A DNA stretch of 54,848 bases, filler included, from Circinaria calcarea (taxonomy: Eukaryota), in NCBI GenBank assembly GCA_051942165.1. It is 5 parts of 5 records of this genome, joined end to end, with 100 filler letters (N's around TTAATTAATTAA, not from the genome) between each part and the next. Parts side by side here need not be neighbours in the genome. Positions count along the whole stretch, not along the records: positions 21,995 to 32,887 come from JAVECS010000746.1; 4 more parts are not named here. One strand, given 5' to 3'. A program made the position numbers and the translations under genes. The notes beneath the pieces are model-generated. The model made no database searches. It worked only from the letters and a program-made list of their open reading frames with translations, and was not told the DNA's origin. Each line of letters opens with the position of its first letter. Positions within the stretch are counted from its first letter, which is position 1. This document shows positions 22,795 through 32,987 of the stretch, piece by piece.

Positions 22795-23748
22795 ATGGCG
22801 TCCAGCACAACCAACCAGCGCACTTTTCCAAATTTGGGGAGGTTTTTGCTCGGCCGATGGCGAAATGCGGCTGATACGATCAAGGAAAACTGGGGATTTG
22901 ACATTGCAACCAACGAGGACCCTGTTCCAGACCTGAGAGCTCCAGGTACCGACAGTCACGTGGGGCTTTCAGCCATCCAGGATCTGAAAGCCCTTTCGAT
23001 CAAGTACAGAGGCTGTGGGCGAGCTGTGATTGCTGCACTCCGCGCACAGGCAGAGCAACGTCAAGGGAAGAAGTTGACGGCTGGCCAAAGACCAAATCGT
23101 TGGATCACACCATCGGATATCAAGGCTGCAAAGGAAGGGTTTGGGGACAGAGTCTTCCCTCGGGGGAATTATGGCGACGACACTGCCTCAACTGGGGCTG
23201 CTGAGAAGTCCTCGCTCCATCCGAAGGCCGCCACCATCCCAGACTTCATCCCAAGTGCTGCACAATATGCACATCCAGCTGGGAATGCTAAGAACGCATC
23301 GACCGAGCGGGAAGCCGCCACTATCCCAGACTCTATTCCAGTCGCTGCACACTATGCAGTTGGTCGCCTCAATTATCGAGTAGGTCAGTTTTTGCAGACC
23401 GCCCGCACGTTGCAAACCAAGTGTGGCACGTACTTTCAGGCTGGTCAGATCTCTGCTTATCGAGCTATAAGTATTGCTGCAGCTACTCTAAATATTATCG
23501 AAACGCTCGATAGACTGGCTCAGGATATAGCCCCGGAGGGGCCCACATATCAACAACGAGGATTTGAGGCTGACTTAGGTGCTCAACCTCTTGAGACTGA
23601 TAGGTCCTTTGAGACAGATATATTGGAAGTATTCGGGATCATGGAGCAACAAGGTTTGCAAAGGGAAGGGGCCTTAGTTGATTTCCAAACCTTATTGCGC
23701 GATATACACTTGTCGCACCAGCAAGCTATACGGAACTGGACTCCGTGA
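22795..23748 (+). CDS. Hypothetical protein, 317 aa, intronless
   Basis: Long ATG-initiated ORF; internal duplication AATIPDFIPSAAQYA / AATIPDSIPVAAHYA (23227-23271, 23314-23358). Confidence 0.65.
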   Translation: MASSTTNQRTFPNLGRFLLGRWRNAADTIKENWGFDIATNEDPVPDLRAPGTDSHVGLSAIQDLKALSIKYRGCGRAVIAALRAQAEQRQGKKLTAGQRPNRWITPSDIKAAKEGFGDRVFPRGNYGDDTASTGAAEKSSLHPKAATIPDFIPSAAQYAHPAGNAKNASTEREAATIPDSIPVAAHYAVGRLNYRVGQFLQTARTLQTKCGTYFQAGQISAYRAISIAAATLNIIETLDRLAQDIAPEGPTYQQRGFEADLGAQPLETDRSFETDILEVFGIMEQQGLQREGALVDFQTLLRDIHLSHQQAIRNWTP

Positions 23749-24284
23749 TGTTACTGGCTTGAAAAAGGTGGACCAAAATCACGGTTGAAGAGGAGGACAA
23801 TAAATATAGTTAAGAAGGAGGACTATTATTAGGGCAAAAGAGGAGGACCACAAATACCGCAGAAAGGGAGGATTACGAAAACGGCAAGCAAGGAGGAAAG
23901 TTTATCAAAGCTTATACCACTAATGGTGCAGAAGCAAAGCTATATGGGTTTTATTCTAGGTATGGCGTTGTTCTTTTCTTAAGTAGGCTATCCCCGATAG
24001 AAAGTCGCCGAGAAAAGGTGCTCCTTGTGATTGAATGTTATGATTATGGCCAAGTGACATAATTTCCTTGAATATTATTGGGTTGTTTAGACATTATCTG
24101 AGAAAGAAGGCGTAACCGATTCCGAAATTAAGCGCAACTTCCGTAACAGTATATTTCCCGTCCAGCCGCGCAATTATCAACGCCCACTCAAACGACGCAC
24201 CGCATCGCAAAATTCTCTTGATCAGTCAAATTAACCCAAGTTCATTGTTATACTCTTTAATTACTACTGTTCGATCATCCCATC

Positions 24285-25922
24285 ATGCTATCACTTGAAC
24301 AGATCACGCAGGCCATCCAGGTTTTGGAAGGGGAAGTTGCCCCAGATATCGACGTTGATGTCCAATTAGAAAGGAGCATCCAAAGAGCGGACGTATCTAA
24401 TGTGACCATTGCTGCAATACTTGCCACAGTCCCTGTTGCGTCGCCATGGGGTTCCAAAGATGAGGGTGGAAACACGACTTTCTCGACAAGTGGCCTTCCC
24501 AAGGGTGGCTATGATGCGCTTGGCTCCCCGGAAGAGCCCCTTGACCACCCTTTTGACTTCAACTCTTGTGGCGTTGATTGCATCGCCACGCTGTTTAAGC
24601 TCCTGCGTCCCGGGTTCGATGACCGAGATTACCAGAGGCGTGGAGTTAACCCAGAAGTCTGGAAAGCAACGCTTTCCCCACTCACCAAAGAGCTATTTGC
24701 GCTGGTCGAGCGAGATTGGAATCAGCCAGATGAGGCCTTGAACCGCATCAAGATGGATTTCTACAGGGCCTCTATCCAAGTAGACGTGGAAGCCCAGCGT
24801 CAAAGTGGCATAACAATGGAAAACCTGTCTTCTTTGCAGCAATACCGTCGCAATCTCGAGTTCTCTGAACTCTTTCAGCAATTGATTGTCGATTTGCAAC
24901 CATTGCTTGGCTTCTCCAACAAGAGATATGGTATTTGCACACAATGCAAATCCTCAACCATGACGTTGGAAGAGGACAAATTGGATATTGGGCCCTTTTC
25001 AAACACTGGAGCTTCGATCCAAGGAATAATCCAAGGGTGGTTCCAATTACGCTCTGCTGCATTGGTGAGACAGTACTGCCCTGCTGGCCATGCTTGCAAA
25101 AACTACCATAACACGGTGGCCAATCTCCCGGAACTTCTCTTTCTTCGCCCACAAGGTAACAGGATGGAGGGCAATTCCACACCAAGGAGGTGCACCTTTC
25201 ATTACTGGTCGCCCAAGGTGCAGGCTGCCACGTATGGTTGGCTTGGAAGTGTCTGCCATGAGGCACGCGATCATTGGAAGCTATACTGGCGCCATGAAGA
25301 CCCTACGATGGTTTGGGTCTATGATCATCTGGTCGGCTCATCCTTGATAGCACACCCCAAACACAATGACAACATCGATAATGGGGTTTTACCTGAGGAT
25401 TGGGAGCACGGCGAATTCGTTATCATGGAGCGGCTCTATCAAGATGGACTTTCTCGATCAGATTGGCTGGCAAGGACGATGCCCCTTGAAAACCCGAGGT
25501 CGATATCTCCAGAAGAGACGAAGGAACTCTCACCGACTGTAAGCCAGAACGATACATACATGTATGGCGGTTTCGGAGACAACGGTGCTGAGAGCGTCAG
25601 TAACATCTCGGATGAAGTTGACGAGGATGAGGACATGGAAGATGTAGAGCCGGGGCTAGTACCCAAAGCCGATCTTCCCTATACTAACGAACCCGTGGAG
25701 GTTAATGAACCCATGGAGATTGAGGTAACGGAAGCTGTCAGCGACCATGATAGCCTGGCTCATCAGCTTGATGCCGATATTTCGGCACCTAGTGCTCATG
25801 ATTTACTGGTGCAACAAACGAAGCGGATCCAGGAGAGGCTGCAAGATGTTGAGCTTCAGCGCCAATTGCAAGAGCGGCAAGAGGCTTTAGAGAATGATGT
25901 TCGAAGATGCAACCCTTCCTAG
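24285..25922 (+). CDS. USP-like (papain-fold) cysteine protease, putative deubiquitinase; C-terminus probably truncated by nonsense mutations
   Basis: Cys box FNSCGVDC; CTQC and CPAGHAC zinc-finger halves; LPELLFL; His box YGWLGSVCHEARDHWKLYW...WVYD; acidic linker and coiled coil. The frame continues through three TAGs to about 26180. Confidence 0.65.
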   Translation: MLSLEQITQAIQVLEGEVAPDIDVDVQLERSIQRADVSNVTIAAILATVPVASPWGSKDEGGNTTFSTSGLPKGGYDALGSPEEPLDHPFDFNSCGVDCIATLFKLLRPGFDDRDYQRRGVNPEVWKATLSPLTKELFALVERDWNQPDEALNRIKMDFYRASIQVDVEAQRQSGITMENLSSLQQYRRNLEFSELFQQLIVDLQPLLGFSNKRYGICTQCKSSTMTLEEDKLDIGPFSNTGASIQGIIQGWFQLRSAALVRQYCPAGHACKNYHNTVANLPELLFLRPQGNRMEGNSTPRRCTFHYWSPKVQAATYGWLGSVCHEARDHWKLYWRHEDPTMVWVYDHLVGSSLIAHPKHNDNIDNGVLPEDWEHGEFVIMERLYQDGLSRSDWLARTMPLENPRSISPEETKELSPTVSQNDTYMYGGFGDNGAESVSNISDEVDEDEDMEDVEPGLVPKADLPYTNEPVEVNEPMEIEVTEAVSDHDSLAHQLDADISAPSAHDLLVQQTKRIQERLQDVELQRQLQERQEALENDVRRCNPS

Positions 25923-26159
25923 AATATATCCATCTAGGACTAGGTGAATCTACTCTGTAAAGAGGACGGCCTCCGGTGTATGATGTATACTATGCATATT
26001 CCAGAGGAAGCGGGCTTTAATAGCTATGGTCGGGTTCAAAAGAGGAGGGCTCTAATAGCTATGAAGAGGAGTATTTCCATTGGTTTAAAAGAAGGGCATG
26101 ATGTTTTCATTGAAACTGGGTATTATAAATGCGATTACGCTGACTCTAAAAAAGCTGGG

Positions 26160-27950
26160 CTATGGAACTCGGATTCGAAGGTAAGTAACTTCTAAAAAGG
26201 AGGGCTAATTAATTACAGTGGGATTATAATGTTAACAAAGCTATCGGATGACTTAAGATGGACTGGATGGCTGGTTGAGGTGGTCCGAGGTCAATTTGCT
26301 GGCCGAATGGTTCCGATGAGAAAATTAGGTGGAGACTCTGGTTAAATCATTAATGCAAACGGATTTTCTTAAACTAGTAATATGCATTGCTTCTGTGCCT
26401 TACACAAGCAGATTAACCTCTCCCTCCCATCCTATACACCCGCCCATATCCCGACCTCCTCCCTATCTAGACCTGCTTGCTACTTCTAGTATTACTTCTG
26501 CACACTGGCTATATGATTATTAAGGACGCTGGAGCCTTCTATTATTGGACAATAAAATCACCCTATGAAGATGAGATAGAGAAACGAGATATCAATGTCC
26601 AGATAATAGCTTTCCCAAGCGCTTCAAGATAGAACATAAAGCTATATTGCCACATACTAGCAGGTATGGCAAGCTTAAGCATCATCTGCAACTGGGAAGA
26701 AGAAATGCTGGGGTTTGCGGGCTATCGAAGCTGTATGCACATCCGCGCAGAGGCTATGCCCGGGTGCGCATAAGCAGTCTAAGTCCTACGGATTTCAAAG
26801 GCATTCCCCTCAGAATAACACGGAGGGCTCCCTGTTACCATATCACTCAAAAAGGACTCTCCGGGAGGTTGCAGAAGGGAAGTGGTTATGGCATGATGCT
26901 CTTTGAATGCCCGTGAACCGGGGAAAGTGCATTATAAGCACCAGCTGTCTCTTCTTGTCTGTTGATCTCCTTCCACACACTATTAACCCTCTTTACTACT
27001 GACAGTTGTAGAAACCGATCCTTTATATACTCCGACGGAAAGATGGAGCTTGCCCCAAACCGGATTATCCGTGTCACACTATCCGATGTAAGTTACCCCT
27101 ATATACCATGGTACCCTCCTTCCTTACTTACACGTGACAGGCAAACCACTGCGCAGGGGCGGAGGCACGAGCAGCATATAAAAACACATATTGAGGGACG
27201 CTTTCAAGGCACCACTTGAGTGGGTTCGACACTCTTTCCTGGACTGAAAGAAGCTGACTCCTTGCAGCCGAACCTTGGTGGGTTAGTGCCTTGGTTAGAC
27301 ATCTCGTTCTTCTGCCCTGCACCCTAGGCATCGAAGGCTGGATAAGATATACTTGGATACAACAGGTACGTATGGTCGACCAAGCTCTCCAACAGACTGA
27401 GCTGCTCACAAGTGTCACAGTGCCCTCGGACGACACCGTTTTTCACTTTCGGACCTTCGCCGTTAAACGCAATCTGTATAGAGCTGGTTTCCGTTGGGGA
27501 TAGATGGAGGGACAGTGGCTTGTGAGCCTTATTCTACACTTCAACGCATGGGCTTTCGGTTACAAAGAAGGGACGGGAGAGAGGTTGATCTACTTGTACA
27601 TAGTCATAGAATCAATGCATGTGGAATTTATTACTTCGAGAAATCCGTCTGCATTGATGATTTAACCAGAGCCTCCACCTAGTTATCTCATCGAAAGCAT
27701 TCGGCCAGCAAGTTGATTCCGAATGATCCATCCAGCCGAACTCCATTCTATCCCAACCAGCCATCAAATCCAGTCCAAGCAGTCCTTCCATCCAGTTCAC
27801 CGGATAGCTGTTATTAGTCCCACTTCATAAGATGTAGTCAGCCGGTCCATCTCTTGCAATGAGCTTAGTGTTAGTAGTCCCATTTGAGGAGATGTAGTTA
27901 ACTAGTCCCATTCCCAGAAAGTCACTTATCTTAAAGCTCAAGTTCCATGG
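26160..27950. repeat. Diverged inverted duplication (arms about 26160-26428 and 27570-27950)
   Basis: Core tgctggccgaatggttccgatgagaaaattaggtggagactctggttaaatcattaatgcaaacggattt matches the reverse complement of about 27640-27716 (tgctggccgaatgctttcgatgagataactaggtggaggctctggttaaatcatcaatgcagacggattt); weaker matches flank it on both sides. Confidence 0.8.
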
Positions 27951-28087
27951 TCTAGCTCTTGTATTCTCATCGAACTCATGTTCATATTTCCAGTACTGTA
28001 AAGCGAGCATGAGGTCCTTCTCTTCAAAATCATGGGGTCCTTCTCTTCCTAGCTATCCGGCCAGTTGCGAGGCGCCCGGAATATCAA

Positions 28088-29995
28088 TCAGCGTCTCGTA
28101 AGGGATTGGAAAATGCGATCAGGTTCGACGAGAAATCCAATCGCGTTGAAGTGTCCACCAAGCACGGCATTGCTGTTCTCCCGCCAAGCTCGATGTTGCT
28201 CCATCAACCCATTTATGTGGGCTTCGATTCCTCGCATGAGACCTGCCACACCTTCTTCAGGAGTATTCCGCAAGGTTGTAAATGCTTCCCTCATCACTTC
28301 AACTACGGCTGCGGCGATGAGGGTCTCCCTATCTCGTCTTGCCAGTAAAGCGACCAATGCTGGGTCGCCAGGTTGTAGAGAAGGTGACAGCATATCATGG
28401 ACCTGCTCCCATTGTCGCCGATGACTGCCGTTCGCCGAAAGAGCATTGTTCAGGCGTGTCTGAGCTAAGAACCGGCTCGACGGACCCCTGTTGCTTGACG
28501 ACACGGTAGATGGCCCGGCTGCCGCTGATTGCTCCGGGATATCGACATCCATCCTATCAGATGATAGTTGAAGTGCACCTGCATCGGCTGTCGTTGCCTG
28601 CTGGCCCTCGATTGCCAGTGGAGGTCTTGGAGCTGTAACAGGCCCAGCGTCTGTTCGAGCCTCTCGAGCGGCAACATAGGCTCGGCTATGTGCTATCATC
28701 TGGTCCATCTGAGCAACAGTCTGGCGTATCTGTTGAGCTTCGACTGCATTCGCGTGCGCGGCAGGCGTACGCCTAATGGCTGCTGCTGGACCTCGAGGGA
28801 CCGCTGAGGAACCTGGCCTCCTCCAGCTTTCTGATGTGGGAATATTTGGTGCCCGCCATTGACCACTGGGAATTACTGGTCGATCAGGTATATACGCCGG
28901 AGGTGGCATCATACGCTGCCCTCGCGATCCTTGCGGCGAAGGGGATCGACGGCGAGCTCCTCGACGTTCTGGTGACCATGATGGTGATCGATATCGTGAT
29001 GATCGATATCGTGGGGAGCGATTTCGATGGCCTCGATTAGAGTATCGAGAAGGAGAACGAGATCCAGATCGATATCGTGCCTCAGGAGACCGAGACCGTG
29101 AAGACGAACGTCGACTTGATCGACCCGAAGTATGTCCACTTCGACCACGACGCTCTTCTCGGGCCGTCGAGCTTCTTTCTACACTCGGTAACGGAGCTGC
29201 TGGTGCTGGTGCCTGGGCCGGTGCTGGTTCTCCACGCATAATCCGAGCCAGCTCGAGAACCCGATCTCCGCCCATAACTCGAGCCAGCTCGATAACCTGA
29301 CCTCCAGATAGCCCAAGCATCTCTTGAGGTGGCGCGGGCACGGACGCGGGAGCAACCGGGTCAGCAAGACCTCTGATCCTGAGCTCTTCCTGGGGCTGAG
29401 GAGGAGCAGCCTGGCGAGGAGGGGCTTGGCGAGGACGACCTTGAGGAGGAGGTGGAGGTGCACCACCACGAGCAGGGCGCTCACCCCCACGAGCATCCCT
29501 ACCACTACGAGCGGGGCGTTCACCTCCACGAGCGTGGCGTTCACCCCCACGAGCAGGGCGCTCACCTCCACGAGCATTCCTACCTCTACGACGAGACCCA
29601 TCTCCTCCTCGTCTCTGGGCAGGGGCAGGAGCAGGAGCCGGACCAGCACCGGCGGCAGCGGCAACAGGAGGAGCTGCAGCAGGAACAGCGGCAGCGGTGG
29701 CAGCGGGAGGAGCTGCATGAGGAGCTGCTTGAGGAGCTGCTTGAGGAGCTGCATGAGGAGCAGCAGGAGCAGGAGCTGCACGAGGAGCAGGAGCTGCATG
29801 AGGACCGGTGGTGGTGGCGGCAGCAGGTATCAGAGCCTGAGACTCTGCTTCATTGATGGCATCGTCTCCGAAATCAATGTGATCTTCGTCCCCAGGCTCT
29901 ACCACTAGATTCCTTAACGGAGACCCAGTATCATACAAAATATCGTCGATATTCTCATCCAGACCCATATCAACTCGGCGACTCGAGTTCGACAT
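28088..29995 (-). CDS. Low-complexity Ala/Pro-, RGG- and RS-rich hypothetical protein, 635 aa
   Basis: ATG-initiated intronless ORF; 12-nt AAP(Q/H) repeats, 21-nt GGERPAR repeats (about 29466-29590), RSRSP tract, helical C-terminal part. Confidence 0.7.
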   Translation of the reverse strand: MSNSSRRVDMGLDENIDDILYDTGSPLRNLVVEPGDEDHIDFGDDAINEAESQALIPAAATTTGPHAAPAPRAAPAPAAPHAAPQAAPQAAPHAAPPAATAAAVPAAAPPVAAAAGAGPAPAPAPAQRRGGDGSRRRGRNARGGERPARGGERHARGGERPARSGRDARGGERPARGGAPPPPPQGRPRQAPPRQAAPPQPQEELRIRGLADPVAPASVPAPPQEMLGLSGGQVIELARVMGGDRVLELARIMRGEPAPAQAPAPAAPLPSVERSSTAREERRGRSGHTSGRSSRRSSSRSRSPEARYRSGSRSPSRYSNRGHRNRSPRYRSSRYRSPSWSPERRGARRRSPSPQGSRGQRMMPPPAYIPDRPVIPSGQWRAPNIPTSESWRRPGSSAVPRGPAAAIRRTPAAHANAVEAQQIRQTVAQMDQMIAHSRAYVAAREARTDAGPVTAPRPPLAIEGQQATTADAGALQLSSDRMDVDIPEQSAAAGPSTVSSSNRGPSSRFLAQTRLNNALSANGSHRRQWEQVHDMLSPSLQPGDPALVALLARRDRETLIAAAVVEVMREAFTTLRNTPEEGVAGLMRGIEAHINGLMEQHRAWRENSNAVLGGHFNAIGFLVEPDRIFQSLTRR

Positions 29996-30534
29996 GATGA
30001 TCTAGTCGACGGAAGAAAGGTAAAATAAGAGACTTAAAGTAAGGTAGATGATTCAAGAGTCAAAGACTGATGATGATCGTAGTGATGGTTGATGTCAAGT
30101 CTTGATGATTGTGATTGTGAAGATGTAAAGTGATGATGGTGTGAAGAGAAGTTGACGACTTTGTGGGCAGTAGGCGAGCAATACAGAGCTTGGACCGGTG
30201 GCGTGAAATCTATCTGCCTAGAGGTGGTAATCAGTATAGGGCAATAGTGATTATGAGCTCAATATTACGCACGGTAAACAATACATCTCGCTTAATTTGG
30301 CCACTCCGAGTCCATTATGCCCCCATAGTCGAGATTTCTCTGTTACGACATTGTATAGTCTTTCGAGAGATGAGCGTTGTGAGATACCCTTAGGTATATA
30401 TGATATCGAGATAGTCCAACCAATTAGACCACAATTCTCCATCTCAAAACTCAAAAGCCCTTGATTTCCCCTCTTGGGTTCTTCTTTCCTACAGACATCG
30501 ACTTGTTTTTATCGGATAGAAAGAAAGAGGCATC

Positions 30535-32289
30535 ATGTCGAGCCAAAAGCAAGCATCCCAAGCTATTCGCAGCTTGACCCGTCCAGCTATTCTCCCATAC
30601 CCAACGCAGCCCACTCCAACGCCTGCACCAGACTTCGAGGAAGCAGCCAACGTCCAGCCTGACCCGGATACTCCTATTCAGACCAACGAGCAACAGCGCA
30701 TGCTGATGGCTTTGCAGAGTAGAGGTCATTAGGGGCTAGCATCCGAAATCTATCGATATGGGAATGAAATGCTTAGGCATAAGAGCACAAAGAAATCATC
30801 GTGGAACTTGGTGGTTGAGGACCTTTCATCAAAGAGATTTAATGTCCATATGCAGCTACTCACTCTCCCGGTGATAGTACTCGAATCTCTGATCAAAAAC
30901 ACTCTTACGAGTGATTATGATGCAAGCCCTTTTATCAGAAATTTCGTCGATAAATGGATGGCACCCGACTCGAATCCCGGGGTGTATATCAACATTTGTG
31001 CCAGAGGCAAAGAGGCCACGGGACTCGCTCATAGCGGGGGTTTGCCTTATCCTGGGAGATGGCTATCAGGTTCTGAAGTTCATGCCATGGTGCAGGCGTT
31101 AGAAAGATATCTCGATGAGAACACACCAGACCTGAACCTCGCCCAGCGAATTGACGGGGTGTTCAATCCACCGTCCGAGTCCGTTAAAGCTGGCGCTGTC
31201 AACGATCCCAACACTCGCAGTTACGCAAAGAACTCAGCCTCCAAGGACGATTTGCTATCTTGGGGAAAGTGGGTGGACAAAAAGTTCTACTTGGATGTAG
31301 CCCCTTCAAGGCGGGATATCTCTCATTTGAGATGCCCTACCGAGGTCGGGTGGGCAGTGGATTTGAAGGCACGATTGAAACAACATGTCACCAACAGCTC
31401 CACCTCATATGTCTACGGCTGGCTCAATGCCTACACTCGCCTTAATCCAGGTTTGATGAGCATGAGGTTTCCAAATCCCACACAGCTTTGTCTCTTTAGG
31501 GTATGGGAAAAAGACTTTCTTCCTCAGATTTCCGAGATTCTGGGATCGGTCCTCTGCTCGTCCTATATTGAACATGGGGGTTTGGGTTATGCCGCTATAG
31601 GGAGCGCACCCGCGTATAGCTTAAGCGGACACGAGGAGTCTTTGGAAAAAAATGCGATCAAGGTGTTCACTAAGCTAGATCATCTTCAAAAAGCACTCGA
31701 GATTGATTTGCGGAGACAGATGAGAAGTAACACAATCGCTCGCTGCCTCGATCCAACTCGATTAGCAGAGCTACGTGAAACGAATATGAAACTGCAAGAA
31801 GCTTTGGATCAAATCGAAGCGGAGAATAGCAAACTTGATGAAGAAATCGCTGCAGCACGAGAAGAGGCAAAAATTCACACGGCCGCTGAGCAAAAACTTC
31901 TCGAGGAACATAGTCAAACAACTTTTGAGGGTCAGGTGATAATCGCCGCATATCAAACTGCACAACGAAATCGGGACTTGATGAGACAAATGGAGGAGGA
32001 TGCCTATGCTCAATTCATCCATAACATCAAACAGGAAGAACCCGAGAAGCTTAATTCTCCGGTGGCGATGCATGAAAATCCCAAGCTAAAGCAATTAGAA
32101 TCAATTGCGGCGAAACGGAAAGCCGAGGAACCTCTAAGCGTGTTATCCGAGGATTTTGACATGGACACGGAGTTTTCCGATGACGAGGAGCTGAAGGCGT
32201 TAGACCAGGAGCTTAGGGATAGCAAAGCTAATGGGTACAAGTTGGGCGACGAGGATTTGGATGAGCTTATGTCTAACGAGCTAGTATAA
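30535..32289 (+). CDS. GIY-YIG-like endonuclease with inserted segment and C-terminal coiled coil (one in-frame TAG at 30730-30732)
   Basis: PGVYINI ... PTEVGWA...KARLKQH ... ISEILGS ... HGGLGY, in the order of GIY / YIG / R / E / N motifs. ORFs 30535-30732 and 30769-32289 are in the same frame. Confidence 0.6.
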
Positions 32290-32312
32290 AGAAAACGGAT
32301 ATACACTGCAAA

Positions 32313-32396
32313 AGAAGGGCTTTGAAAAAGGTAAAGAGGAGGGCTTTGAGTAAGGTTAAGAGAAGGGCTTTGAGTAAGGTAAAGAGAAGGGCTTTG
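32313..32396 (+). repeat. 24-bp tandem repeat x3.5 (agaagggctttgagtaaggtaaag)
   Basis: Units start at 32313, 32337, 32361 and 32385, with no spacers. Confidence 0.85.
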
Positions 32397-32887
32397 CGCA
32401 TGATAAGCAAGAGAGATTACGCATCTCTGGTCGGCAAGTTACATATCCCTGATTGCAGGATCGCTTTTCTCTGTATGATATAGCATAGAAGTTCTATCTA
32501 GAAATATTGGGAATCCGCTTTCAAATACATTCGCAAGTTAGATAATACTTTGCAAAAAAGGCCCACTTCTGTATCTGAATGCTTACTGTCGAGGTTGGGG
32601 AAAATTTCAGTATGCGGAGAACCTTGCGCAAAGTCTTAGTCATAATCTCCACGTATTCCCACGTCGCATCTTGGCTACAGGCACTCGTTTTTTAGCCAAA
32701 GAGGTTTAGTTTCATACATACACAGGATCTAGCACTCAATTGGCACGGCCAAAAATAAAACAGAGTAACACATCTCTAACACTGCCTTCCGTTCCGCTCC
32801 CGACATACAATGCACACCTCTTTAGATCTATTATATTCCTAGAGCCCACCTCTTTCCCAGCGATTAAAGCCCCACGCCTGATATGCC

Positions 32888-32987
32888 NNNNNNNNNNNNN
32901 NNNNNNNNNNNNNNNNNNNNNNNNNNNNNNNTTAATTAATTAANNNNNNNNNNNNNNNNNNNNNNNNNNNNNNNNNNNNNNNNNNNN
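32888..32987. other. Artificial contig linker
   Basis: N44-TTAATTAATTAA-N44. Confidence 0.98.

Noticed and set aside
29179..29908. Overlapping ORFs 29179-29799, 29324-29908 and 29452-29856
   Set aside because: Shadow frames kept open by GC-rich tandem repeats of the 635-aa ORF.
25920..30732. Alternative genetic code or programmed read-through explaining the in-frame TAG/TAA/TGA codons
   Set aside because: All three stop types occur together with frameshifts, and core genes use standard stops; C-to-T hypermutation is simpler.
32313..32396. CRISPR-like array
   Set aside because: Head-to-tail tandem units with no unique spacers, no cas genes, eukaryotic context.
11002..32887. Treating contigs 2 and 3 as one continuous 22-kb element
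   Set aside because: They are joined by an artificial linker in a size-sorted concatenation; linkage is unproven.
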